From NCBI GenBank assembly GCA_044224875.1, contig JBGAJQ010000062.1:1-32854 (forward strand): 32,854 nt of DNA. The letters run 5' to 3'. Below are positions 25,691 through 32,854 of this stretch, piece after piece. The notes under the pieces are model-generated. The model saw nothing but the letters and a program-made list of their open reading frames with translations, was not told the DNA's origin and ran no database searches. How positions within the stretch are numbered: the stretch's first letter is position 1; each line of letters opens with the position of its first letter. The DNA is from Gemmatimonadaceae bacterium. GTDB taxonomy: Bacteria > Gemmatimonadota > Gemmatimonadetes > Gemmatimonadales > Gemmatimonadaceae. Both the position numbers and the translations under genes were made by a program.

Positions 25691-27229
25691 ATGACCGTTA
25701 CTCGCAAGTCCACTCTCGTTGCGCTGCTCGTCGTGGCGTCCGCGTCGCGGCTCGCCGCGCAGGCCGCGGCGTGCGCCGTGGACGACGGCAAGCCGGGCCA
25801 GGTCAAGGATGCCCGAAATGCCATCGTCAAGGCAGAGCTCCTCGGCAAGCCCGAGGACAAGATGAAGGCTTTTGTTGAAGCTGTCGCAAAACTGACAAAC
25901 CCGAAGGACGAGGCGAAGGTCGTTGCCGCCAACGCGCTGGGTCGCCAGATGGTCCTCGGTCGCGCCTTGGCGAACATCGCCTCCATGCCGAACCAGGCGG
26001 CGGTCGTCAAGCGTAGTTCAGTCGGCTTTGCGACGGAGCCGGAAGGCATGATTGACATCATCGCCTCCGCTGACAGCGCGTTCGACGCCATCGAAGCCGC
26101 GCAACCCGCGTGTCACAATGACCTCGAGGAAAACCGGCGCCGCATTTACGCCGGCTTGGTCAACTCGTCGGTGAACTTGTACAACGATCGCCAGACCGAC
26201 TCCGCCGAAGTTTTGGCGCGACGCGCGCTCTCGGTGTACGACGACTACAAGCTCGCCTACATCGCCTACAACATCCTCGGCAGCATCCAGCAGACGAAGG
26301 GTGAGACGCCAGCGGCGGTCGCGACGTACAAGAAGATGTCGATGCTCATGAAGGGCGACACCGCGCTGACCGACGAACGAAAGAACACGATGGTCATGGT
26401 GGCGCAACTAATGACCCAGGAAGCCGAAGGAATGGACGGCGACGCGAAGCTGACGGCGATGAAGGGCGTCGTGACGTACATGGAGGACATGCTGAAGGAG
26501 TATCCAGGCGACGTGAAGGCGCAGGCCGCCATCGCGCGGGCGCAGATCCTCTCTGGCGATACGGCGTCGGCCAACAAGCTGTTCAACGAGATGATGTCGA
26601 GCCCGGACAAGTATACCGACACGCAGCTGTTTGAGGCCGGCGTTGGAGCTGCGCGGGCCGAGCAGATTCCGGCCGCCGCCGGCTTGTTCGAAGCGGGTCT
26701 CAAGAAGAACCCGTACTCGCGGGACGGCTTGTTCAACCTGGGTGCGACGCTTGCGCAGGGCGAGTCGTGGGACAAGCTCCCGACGGTGCTCGGCCGCCTG
26801 ATCGAGGTGGATCCCGAGAATCCAGACAACTACCGCCTGTGGGCGCTCTACTATCAGGGGAAGGCCAAGCAGTTGAAGCCGCTCGCTGAGAAGAAACCAG
26901 ATACGGATCCGAACGTGAAGGCGTTCACGTCAGCGAATGACTCCCTCCTGAAGTACTTCAAGCGCTTCCAGGAGGCCCAGGTGAAGGTCGCCTTCTCGCT
27001 ATTCTCGCACGACGGCGCCAAGCACGTCCTTTCGGGGATGGTCGAGAACCTGACGGATGCGGCCAAGCCGTATTCGCTGAAGTTTGACTTCCTCGACAAC
27101 TCGGGAAAGACCGTTGCATCCAAGGAAGTCGCCGTCGCTGAGGTTGCGGCGAAGGGTTCGAAGTCCTTCCGTCTCGAGGTCGAAGGTGCTGGGATCGTCG
27201 CATTCAAGTACGCGCCGCTCACGCAGTAA
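25691..27229 (+). CDS. Secreted TPR-repeat protein with C-terminal FxLYD-like beta domain, function unknown
   Basis: AGGAGAAAGAGGA RBS before ATG 25691; signal peptide; TPR-like motifs (AYNILG, NPYSRDGLFNLG, VDPENPDNY); C-terminal 'GMVENLT...FDFLDNSGK...KSFRL'. Confidence 0.8.
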   Translation: MTVTRKSTLVALLVVASASRLAAQAAACAVDDGKPGQVKDARNAIVKAELLGKPEDKMKAFVEAVAKLTNPKDEAKVVAANALGRQMVLGRALANIASMPNQAAVVKRSSVGFATEPEGMIDIIASADSAFDAIEAAQPACHNDLEENRRRIYAGLVNSSVNLYNDRQTDSAEVLARRALSVYDDYKLAYIAYNILGSIQQTKGETPAAVATYKKMSMLMKGDTALTDERKNTMVMVAQLMTQEAEGMDGDAKLTAMKGVVTYMEDMLKEYPGDVKAQAAIARAQILSGDTASANKLFNEMMSSPDKYTDTQLFEAGVGAARAEQIPAAAGLFEAGLKKNPYSRDGLFNLGATLAQGESWDKLPTVLGRLIEVDPENPDNYRLWALYYQGKAKQLKPLAEKKPDTDPNVKAFTSANDSLLKYFKRFQEAQVKVAFSLFSHDGAKHVLSGMVENLTDAAKPYSLKFDFLDNSGKTVASKEVAVAEVAAKGSKSFRLEVEGAGIVAFKYAPLTQ

Positions 27230-27255
27230 AGCTGATCCATTGCGTTCGTCGTTAT

Positions 27256-27291
27256 GCGGCGCCATCCCTCGGGATGGCGCCGCTTTCGCTT
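27256..27291 (+). terminator. Intrinsic terminator after the TPR gene
   Basis: Perfect 12-bp stem GCGGCGCCATCC (27256-27267) / GGATGGCGCCGC (27272-27283), 4-nt loop, TTTCGCTT tail. Confidence 0.7.
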
Positions 27292-27334
27292 GTGGACCAA
27301 CGTGAGGTGAGCCGCCGGAAGTGCTGAACTCGCA

Positions 27335-27363
27335 TTGATATCGGGCCAGTGCCCCTCTACATT
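27335..27363 (+). promoter_or_regulatory. sigma70-type promoter for the DUF512-der-plsY-gpsA operon
   Basis: TTGATA (27335-27340) - 17 nt - TACATT (27358-27363), just downstream of a terminator and about 70 nt before the ATG. Confidence 0.6.
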
Positions 27364-27431
27364 CCGGAGTCGAAACGTACGGATTCCGCAGGCCGTGCCT
27401 GTGCGATTCCCGCTCCGCCCCAGCCCAGTCG

Positions 27432-28739
27432 ATGGTACGCGTTTCTCGAGTCCTCCCAGGCTCAATCGCCGAAGAAACCGGGATCACTCCGGGTACAGAG
27501 CTCCTCTCGGTGAACGGGAAGGAGCTGTCGGACTTTCTTGATTGGGAATTCCTGTCGGCGGACGACGTGATCGTCGTGGCGGCGCGCCTTCCGGACCAGC
27601 AAGAAGTTGAGATCGAAATCGAGCGGGATGACGCAGAACCGTTAGGGTTGGAGCTCGAGCCGCCCATTGTGCGCCGTTGCGCCAATCGATGCGAGTTCTG
27701 CTTCATCGAAGGCCTACCGAAAGGGCTCCGGAAGAACCTTTACATTCGGGACGACGACTATCGGCTGAGTTTTGCCTATGGCAACTTTGCCACGCTCTCC
27801 AACGTGAAGGAGCGGGACGAGCAGCGCATCCTGGAGTATCGGTTGTCGCCGCTCTATGTGAGTGTGCATGCCACGCCGTGGGAGGCGCGCAAGGTGCTCC
27901 TGAACAACCCGCGCGTTCCAAATGTCCTGGAGCAGATGACGCGGCTGGCCGCCGGCGGTATCCAGTTCCATTGCCAGATGGTGATCGTCCCGGGGCTGAA
28001 CGATGGCGAGGTGCTCGAGGCTTCGCTGCAGGATCTATGGAATCTTGGCGAAGCGGTGCTATCCGTCGCGGTCGTTCCCGTTGGGTTGACGCAGTTCAAC
28101 CACTTGTACACGGGCCAGACGATGGACCGGGACAAAGCGCGCGCGCTCCTGGAGGCGACCGCTCGCTGGGGCTCCCGCGCACTTCCCGCGCGCGGTACGC
28201 GATGGGTCTTCGGTTCTGACGAGTTGTACCTGCTGGCCGGCGAGGCGTTTCCCGATACCGACTTCTACGAGGAGTTCTCGCAGATCGAAAATGGTGTCGG
28301 TGCGGTCGCCTCGTTGCGCGATCGTGTTGCGCGGGGGCTTGCGTCGCTGCCGCGACTCGACGGGCGTCGCATTGGCGTGGTGACAGGTCGCGCCATGTCC
28401 ATGGTCCTGCCGGGACTCCTGGAGGCCCTCTCGGCGCAGACCGGCGCAGCGTTTGAGCTGATCCCCTGCACGAACACACTGTTTGGGCCCACCGTCACCA
28501 CCGCTGGGCTGCTCGTCGGCGCCGATATCGAGCACGCCCTCGGGAGTCGCGGTGACCTCGACGCCGCACTCATACCGGCGGAGACAATCAACGACGCGGG
28601 CGTGTTCCTCGACGACGTCGCCTTTGCGGACCTGCGGTTGCGACTGCCGGTGCCCACCTACCCATCATACGATTTTGTGGACGTGCTGCCGGAACTCGGG
28701 AGCCTGTCGTCACGATCGGCCCCACTCGTGAACGCATGA
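27432..28739 (+). CDS. DUF512 protein: PDZ-like N-terminus + radical SAM Fe-S domain
   Basis: VLPGSIAEETGI (PDZ-like), CANRCEFC (Cx3Cx2C), DDDYRLSF, LSPLYVSVH, PGLNDG, VVPVGLT, SDELYL, QIENGVG. Confidence 0.88.
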   Translation: MVRVSRVLPGSIAEETGITPGTELLSVNGKELSDFLDWEFLSADDVIVVAARLPDQQEVEIEIERDDAEPLGLELEPPIVRRCANRCEFCFIEGLPKGLRKNLYIRDDDYRLSFAYGNFATLSNVKERDEQRILEYRLSPLYVSVHATPWEARKVLLNNPRVPNVLEQMTRLAAGGIQFHCQMVIVPGLNDGEVLEASLQDLWNLGEAVLSVAVVPVGLTQFNHLYTGQTMDRDKARALLEATARWGSRALPARGTRWVFGSDELYLLAGEAFPDTDFYEEFSQIENGVGAVASLRDRVARGLASLPRLDGRRIGVVTGRAMSMVLPGLLEALSAQTGAAFELIPCTNTLFGPTVTTAGLLVGADIEHALGSRGDLDAALIPAETINDAGVFLDDVAFADLRLRLPVPTYPSYDFVDVLPELGSLSSRSAPLVNA

Positions 28740-30043
28740 AGATCCCCGTCGTCGCACTCGTCGGCCGCCCAAATGTCGGCAAGTCATCGCTCTTCAACCG
28801 GATCGTCGGGGAGAACGCGGCGATTGTCAGCGACGAAGCGGGAACCACGCGCGACCGGCACTTTGCCCGCGCCGAGTGGGCAGGCCACGACTTCTGGGTC
28901 GTGGATACGGGGGGAATTCCCGAGAGCACGCGCGTCCCTATGGACGCTGAGATCGCGCGTCAGGTGAACCAGGCCGTCGACGAAGCCGACCTGTTGCTGC
29001 TGGTGGTCGACGCGAAAGCTGGTGTCCACCCTACGGATGCGCGCGTCGTGGACATGCTGCGCGCGAGTGGCAAGCCGTTCCTGCTGGTGGCCAACAAGGT
29101 GGATGACCCGACGTCGAGTGACTACTTCGAGTTCTTCTCGCTCGGGGCAGGCGATCCGGTGCCCGTGTCCGCCTCCAATGGTCGCCAGTCTGGCGACCTC
29201 CTGGATCGGGTGGTGGCGCTGATTCCCGAGGCGGACGCGCCACACGACGAGCAGTTGCAGGTGGCGGTGATCGGAAGGCCGAACGTGGGCAAGTCGTCCT
29301 TTGTTAATCGGCTGCTGGGTGAGGAACGCCTCGTCGTGTCGGACGAGGCGGGCACCACGCGAGACGCGGTTGACGCCTCGATGAAGTACCACGGAAAAGA
29401 GATCGTCTTTATCGATACCGCTGGGTTGCGTAGGCAGTCTCGGGTGGAGGACGGGGTGGAGTTCTACTCCACGCTGCGCTCACGGCGGGCGATCGAGCGT
29501 GCGGACATCTGCATTCTGCTGATCGATGCCGTAGATGGCCTCCACAATCAGGACCTGAAGATTGCGACGCTGGCGTGGGAGCAGGGCAGGGGTCTGCTCA
29601 TCGTGGTGAACAAGTGGGACTTGGCGGAGAAGGACGACAAGACCGCCGCCAAGTTCGAGAAGGAGTGTCGAGAAAAGGCACCGTACTTGTCCTTCGTGCC
29701 GTTCCTGTTCGCCTCGGCAATGACGGGCCAGCGCGTATCGAAGGCACTGGACCTGTTGTTGGAGATCGCCGAGGAGCGGATCAAGAGAATTCCCACGGCC
29801 CGCGTCAACGACCGCCTTGGTGAACTGCTGGCGCGGCGACAGCCACCGCAAGCGGCTGGCCGCGAGGTGAAGCTGACGTACGCCACGCAGGTGGACGTGG
29901 CCCCGCCAACGATCGCGGTATTCGGCAACCATCCGGACCTGGTCGAGGAGCACTATGTGCGGTACCTGCACAACGGGTTCCGCGAGGCGTGGGGCTTCAA
30001 GGGAAATCCCCTTCGGATCCTCCTGCGCGGCAAGGCGGCCTAG
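28736..30043 (+). CDS. der: Ribosome biogenesis GTPase Der (EngA)
   Basis: Two GRPNVGKSS / GTTRD / DTxG / NKxD G-domains plus C-terminal KH-like domain. Confidence 0.97.
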   Translation: MKIPVVALVGRPNVGKSSLFNRIVGENAAIVSDEAGTTRDRHFARAEWAGHDFWVVDTGGIPESTRVPMDAEIARQVNQAVDEADLLLLVVDAKAGVHPTDARVVDMLRASGKPFLLVANKVDDPTSSDYFEFFSLGAGDPVPVSASNGRQSGDLLDRVVALIPEADAPHDEQLQVAVIGRPNVGKSSFVNRLLGEERLVVSDEAGTTRDAVDASMKYHGKEIVFIDTAGLRRQSRVEDGVEFYSTLRSRRAIERADICILLIDAVDGLHNQDLKIATLAWEQGRGLLIVVNKWDLAEKDDKTAAKFEKECREKAPYLSFVPFLFASAMTGQRVSKALDLLLEIAEERIKRIPTARVNDRLGELLARRQPPQAAGREVKLTYATQVDVAPPTIAVFGNHPDLVEEHYVRYLHNGFREAWGFKGNPLRILLRGKAA

Positions 30044-30044
30044 C

Positions 30045-30659
30045 GTGCATCCGGCCATCGGGTTGGTCATTGCCTACGTACTCGGTTCGATACCGGCGGC
30101 GTTGATCGCCGGCCGCGTCACGAAGGGGATCGACTTGCGTGAGCACGGGTCTGGTAATCTCGGGGCCACAAATGCGCTGCGAACGTTAGGCGCTCCGGTG
30201 GCCGCCGTGGTCTTGGCCTTCGACTTCCTGAAGGGTGCCGTGCCCGTCCGCGTTCTCCCCGCGCTCCTGCCGTCGGCACAGCCAGAGTGGTGGGCCATTG
30301 CGTACGGAGTCGCCGCCATCGTGGGTCACGTGCGTCCGGTGTTTTTGCTTGGCCGCGGCGGGGGGAAGGGGGTGGCAACCGCCGGGGGAGTGATCGCCGC
30401 GCTCGCTCCGGTACCGTTCGTGATTGCGTTGGCCGTGTTCGTGGCGGTGGTGGCGGCGAGCCGGTACGTATCGTTAGGCTCCATCCTTGGTGCGCTAGTA
30501 CTTCCACTGGTGACGTTCCTTCGGTACCCCGCAACGTCTCCCCTGCTGGTGCTCGCCACGTTCATGGCGGTATTCGTCGTCTGGACCCATCGCGCCAACA
30601 TCGGCAGACTGCGTCGCGGGGAAGAGTCGCGACTCGGTCGCCGGCGGGAGACGCGATAG
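30045..30659 (+). CDS. plsY: Glycerol-3-phosphate acyltransferase PlsY
   Basis: YVLGSIP, DLREHGSGNLGATNALR, GGKGVAT, RYVSLGSI, HRANIGRL. Start GTG 30045. Confidence 0.95.
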   Translation: MHPAIGLVIAYVLGSIPAALIAGRVTKGIDLREHGSGNLGATNALRTLGAPVAAVVLAFDFLKGAVPVRVLPALLPSAQPEWWAIAYGVAAIVGHVRPVFLLGRGGGKGVATAGGVIAALAPVPFVIALAVFVAVVAASRYVSLGSILGALVLPLVTFLRYPATSPLLVLATFMAVFVVWTHRANIGRLRRGEESRLGRRRETR

Positions 30660-31654
30660 TGCGTGCGACGGTGGTGGGCGGCGGCGCGTGGGGCACGGCC
30701 CTTGGCGACTTGCTTGCGCGCGGCGGGCATGACGCCACGCTCTGGGCGCGCGAACCCGATGTGGCTGCGGACATCGCTCGTGCCCACTCGAATCCGCGCT
30801 TCTTGCCCGGCATTGCCCTTCATCCGCGACTCGCCGCCTCGTCGGATATGGGGGACGCCTTGCGTGGGGCGTCGCTCGTCGTGTACGTCGCCCCGTCGCA
30901 CGTGTTGCGCGATGTCGTCCGCGCGGGGGCGAGCATGGTTGCGCGGGATGCCGTGTTGGTGGTGGCGACCAAGGGGATCGAGCGAGGCACGTTGGCGTTG
31001 ATGACCGACGTCGTAGCGTCGGAGCTGCCGGGCCGGTCGATCGTCGCGATCTCCGGACCGAGCTTTGCGCTCGAGGTTGCCGAGTGCCATCCCACCGCGA
31101 TCGTTGCCGCGTCTCGGGATGCGGCGGCGGCAGCGTTGGTCCAGCGTACCTGTTCATCGCCCACGGTTCGGATCTACACCAACGACGACGTGTGCGGCGT
31201 GGAGCTTGGCGGTGCGCTGAAGAACGTCATGGCGGTTGCCACGGGTATTGCCGAAGGGCTGGACCTCGGCTTGAACTCGCGGGCAGCCCTGATCACGCGC
31301 GGGCTCGCTGAAATGTCGCGCCTTGGTGAGTCGTTAGGTGCCCGGGCCAGCACGTTTGCCGGATTGGCGGGGATGGGCGACCTGGTGCTCACCTGCACGG
31401 GTGCACTCAGCCGCAATCGGGCGGTGGGACTGGAGGTCGGGCGCGGGCGTTCGCTGGCCGACGTCCTGGCTGGGCGCGAGAGCGTCGCTGAGGGCGTGCT
31501 GAACGCCGAGAGTGCGTGGGCCCTAGCTCAGCGGCAGCAGGTGGAGATGCCGATCGTGCACGCCGTTTACCGTATTCTCTTTGAGGGCCATTCACCCCGT
31601 CAAGCAATGAACGAACTAATGGCGCGAGAGCTCCGGGCGGAGCACGACCAATGA
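30659..31654 (+). CDS. gpsA: NAD(P)H-dependent glycerol-3-phosphate dehydrogenase GpsA
   Basis: GGGAWGTAL, ATKGIE, SGPSFA, GVELGGALKNVMA, GLAGMGDLVLTC, SRN. Start GTG 30659. Confidence 0.95.
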   Translation: MRATVVGGGAWGTALGDLLARGGHDATLWAREPDVAADIARAHSNPRFLPGIALHPRLAASSDMGDALRGASLVVYVAPSHVLRDVVRAGASMVARDAVLVVATKGIERGTLALMTDVVASELPGRSIVAISGPSFALEVAECHPTAIVAASRDAAAAALVQRTCSSPTVRIYTNDDVCGVELGGALKNVMAVATGIAEGLDLGLNSRAALITRGLAEMSRLGESLGARASTFAGLAGMGDLVLTCTGALSRNRAVGLEVGRGRSLADVLAGRESVAEGVLNAESAWALAQRQQVEMPIVHAVYRILFEGHSPRQAMNELMARELRAEHDQ

Positions 31655-32070
31655 GTGACGATCCGGTGCAAGAGTTCTTCTCCATTGGCGAGGTCTGCCA
31701 GCTGACAGACTTGAAGCCGCACGTCCTCCGTTACTGGGAAAGTCAGTTCCGCTTCCTGAATCCCGCCAAAAACCGGTCGGGGAACCGCGTGTACCAGCGG
31801 CGCGAAGTGGAGCTGATCCAGCTCGTGAAGCACCTGCTGTACACGGAGAAGTACACGATCGATGGGGCGCGACAAAAGGTGGACGCGCATCGCAAGACCG
31901 GCCAGCTTCGATCGGAAGCGCGCTCGGCGTTGCAGCTGGAGTCGCTCGTTGACCTCGAACGACGCCTGCAGCAGGTTAGACGATGCGGGTGCTGTGCACC
32001 AACGACGATGGGATCCTCGCCCACGGTCTCGACTGTCTGGTCCGGGCCGCGGAGCAGATCGCCGACGTGA
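31651..32070 (+). CDS. MerR-family HTH regulator with uncertain 3' end (ORF runs 88 bp into surE)
   Basis: FSIGEVCQLTDLKPHVLRYWESQF...NRSGNRVY...LLYTEKYTIDGARQK. Confidence 0.85.
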   Translation: MSDDPVQEFFSIGEVCQLTDLKPHVLRYWESQFRFLNPAKNRSGNRVYQRREVELIQLVKHLLYTEKYTIDGARQKVDAHRKTGQLRSEARSALQLESLVDLERRLQQVRRCGCCAPTTMGSSPTVSTVWSGPRSRSPT

Positions 32071-32744
32071 CTGTGGTGGCCCCGGACCGCGAACAGAGCG
32101 CCACGAGCCACTCGTTGACCTTGCATCATCCGCTGCGGCCGGTGCGACGCGGCGATCGACGCTTTCAGGTCGATGGGACGCCGACGGACTGCGTGATGCT
32201 GGCCGTCGAGGCGCTGATGCCAGATCGGCCCGACTACGTCCTCAGCGGCATCAATCATGGCCAGAACATGGGAGAGGACGTCCTGTACTCGGGAACCGTC
32301 GCCGCCGCCATGGAAGGTCTCGCCTTGGGCATCCCGTCCATCGCCATCTCCTTTGCCGGCGGCGACCTGCGCGCCGACATCGCCAAGCTGAATGAACAGG
32401 TGGACGCGCTCGTCCCGTTGCTCAAGCACCTAACGAGCCTTCCCGAGTTCCCGTCGCACACCCTGCTGAACGTGAACCTGCCGCCCCGTCGCGGCGACGA
32501 AATCCGTGGCGTGAAGCTCACGCGCCTTGGGCGACGGGTCTATTCCAATTCCATTCAGCCCATGAAGGACCCCTGGGGGCGGCATATCTACTGGATCGGA
32601 GGAGGGGAGATCTCCTGGCACGGTCCCGAAGACAGCGACTTCCAGGCGATTCACGACGGTTTCATCTCGGTCACGCCGTTGCACCTGGACTTGACCCATC
32701 GCGATGTGCTGGAAGCACCGGAGAGCTGGTGGCGAGCCCCCTAG
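31983..32744 (+). CDS. surE: 5'/3'-nucleotidase SurE
   Basis: TNDDGI, VVAPDREQSATSHSLT, DGTPTDCV, SGINHGQNMG, YSGTVAAAMEG, LNVN, SVTPL. Confidence 0.96.
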   Translation: MRVLCTNDDGILAHGLDCLVRAAEQIADVTVVAPDREQSATSHSLTLHHPLRPVRRGDRRFQVDGTPTDCVMLAVEALMPDRPDYVLSGINHGQNMGEDVLYSGTVAAAMEGLALGIPSIAISFAGGDLRADIAKLNEQVDALVPLLKHLTSLPEFPSHTLLNVNLPPRRGDEIRGVKLTRLGRRVYSNSIQPMKDPWGRHIYWIGGGEISWHGPEDSDFQAIHDGFISVTPLHLDLTHRDVLEAPESWWRAP

Positions 32745-32854
32745 CGCCGGAGTACCGCGGCGCGCGCCGTCGACTGATCGAGACGCTACAGGCCGTCGGG
32801 ATTCGCGACCTCGCCGTCCTCCGTGCGTTTGAGCTGACGCCACGACACCTCTTC
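32729..32854 (+). CDS. pcm: Protein-L-isoaspartate O-methyltransferase, 3'-truncated by the window edge
   Basis: Own translation from GTG 32729: MASPLAPEYRGARRRLIETLQAVGIRDLAVLRAFELTPRHLF, matching the Pcm N-terminus (GIRD..VL.A....PRHLF). Canonical surE-pcm order. Confidence 0.85.
   Translation, partial: MASPLAPEYRGARRRLIETLQAVGIRDLAVLRAFELTPRHLF

Larger units (their letters stand above)
910..32435. repeat. Dispersed over-represented 7-mer (C/T)GTTAGG / CCTAACG, 20 copies found by eye
   Basis: + strand CGTTAGG at 910, 8062, 16661, 18729, 19479, 20645, 22250, 25414, 27640, 30184, 30472, 31332; TGTTAGG at 3873, 7738; - strand (CCTAACG on +) at 13935, 14995, 18292, 21078, 23180, 32429. Confidence 0.8.

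Noticed and set aside
13032..30658. Long N-terminal extensions in the ORF track for lpxB (13032), DUF374 (13943), murJ (19399), plsY (29955) and gpsA (30287)
   Set aside because: They overlap upstream genes; family similarity begins at downstream GTG codons adjacent to or overlapping the previous stop.
910..32435. Reading TTAGG as telomeric repeats, or as bldA-like TTA-codon regulation
   Set aside because: Copies are dispersed, never tandem. The word also occurs on the reverse strand and in frames with no TTA codon, so a tRNA-Leu(UAA) mechanism cannot explain it.
1..32854. CRISPR arrays, IS elements, prophage or defence genes, rRNA and tRNA
   Set aside because: No regularly spaced repeats, transposase, integrase or phage motifs, or RNA-gene signatures; the window is almost fully occupied by housekeeping genes.

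Overview
GC-rich bacterial core-genome segment (about 64% GC by eye). Gene order and content suggest Gemmatimonadota, which is an inference. All recognisable genes lie on the + strand, many translationally coupled: lolE/C(5'-partial)-lolD-mcsA-mcsB-clpC | bamA-skp-lpxD-lpxC/fabZ fusion-lpxA-gnnA-like oxidoreductase-lpxB-DUF374 (LpxJ-like)-lpxK-gdh | rlmH-[175-bp structured spacer]-bshC-murJ-uvrC-thrC-like-larC-secreted TPR protein | DUF512 radical SAM-der-plsY-gpsA-MerR-family-surE-pcm(3'-partial). No mobile element, CRISPR array, rRNA or tRNA was seen. The strongest unexplained signal is a non-palindromic DNA word, (C/T)GTTAGG, found 20 times by eye on both strands inside genes, in five reading-frame contexts and using rare codons (TTA, CTA, AGG); this points to a DNA-level signal. 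Second is the rlmH-bshC spacer, which folds into a multi-helix structure with alternative pairings and is exactly spanned by a Cys-containing small ORF coupled to both neighbours.
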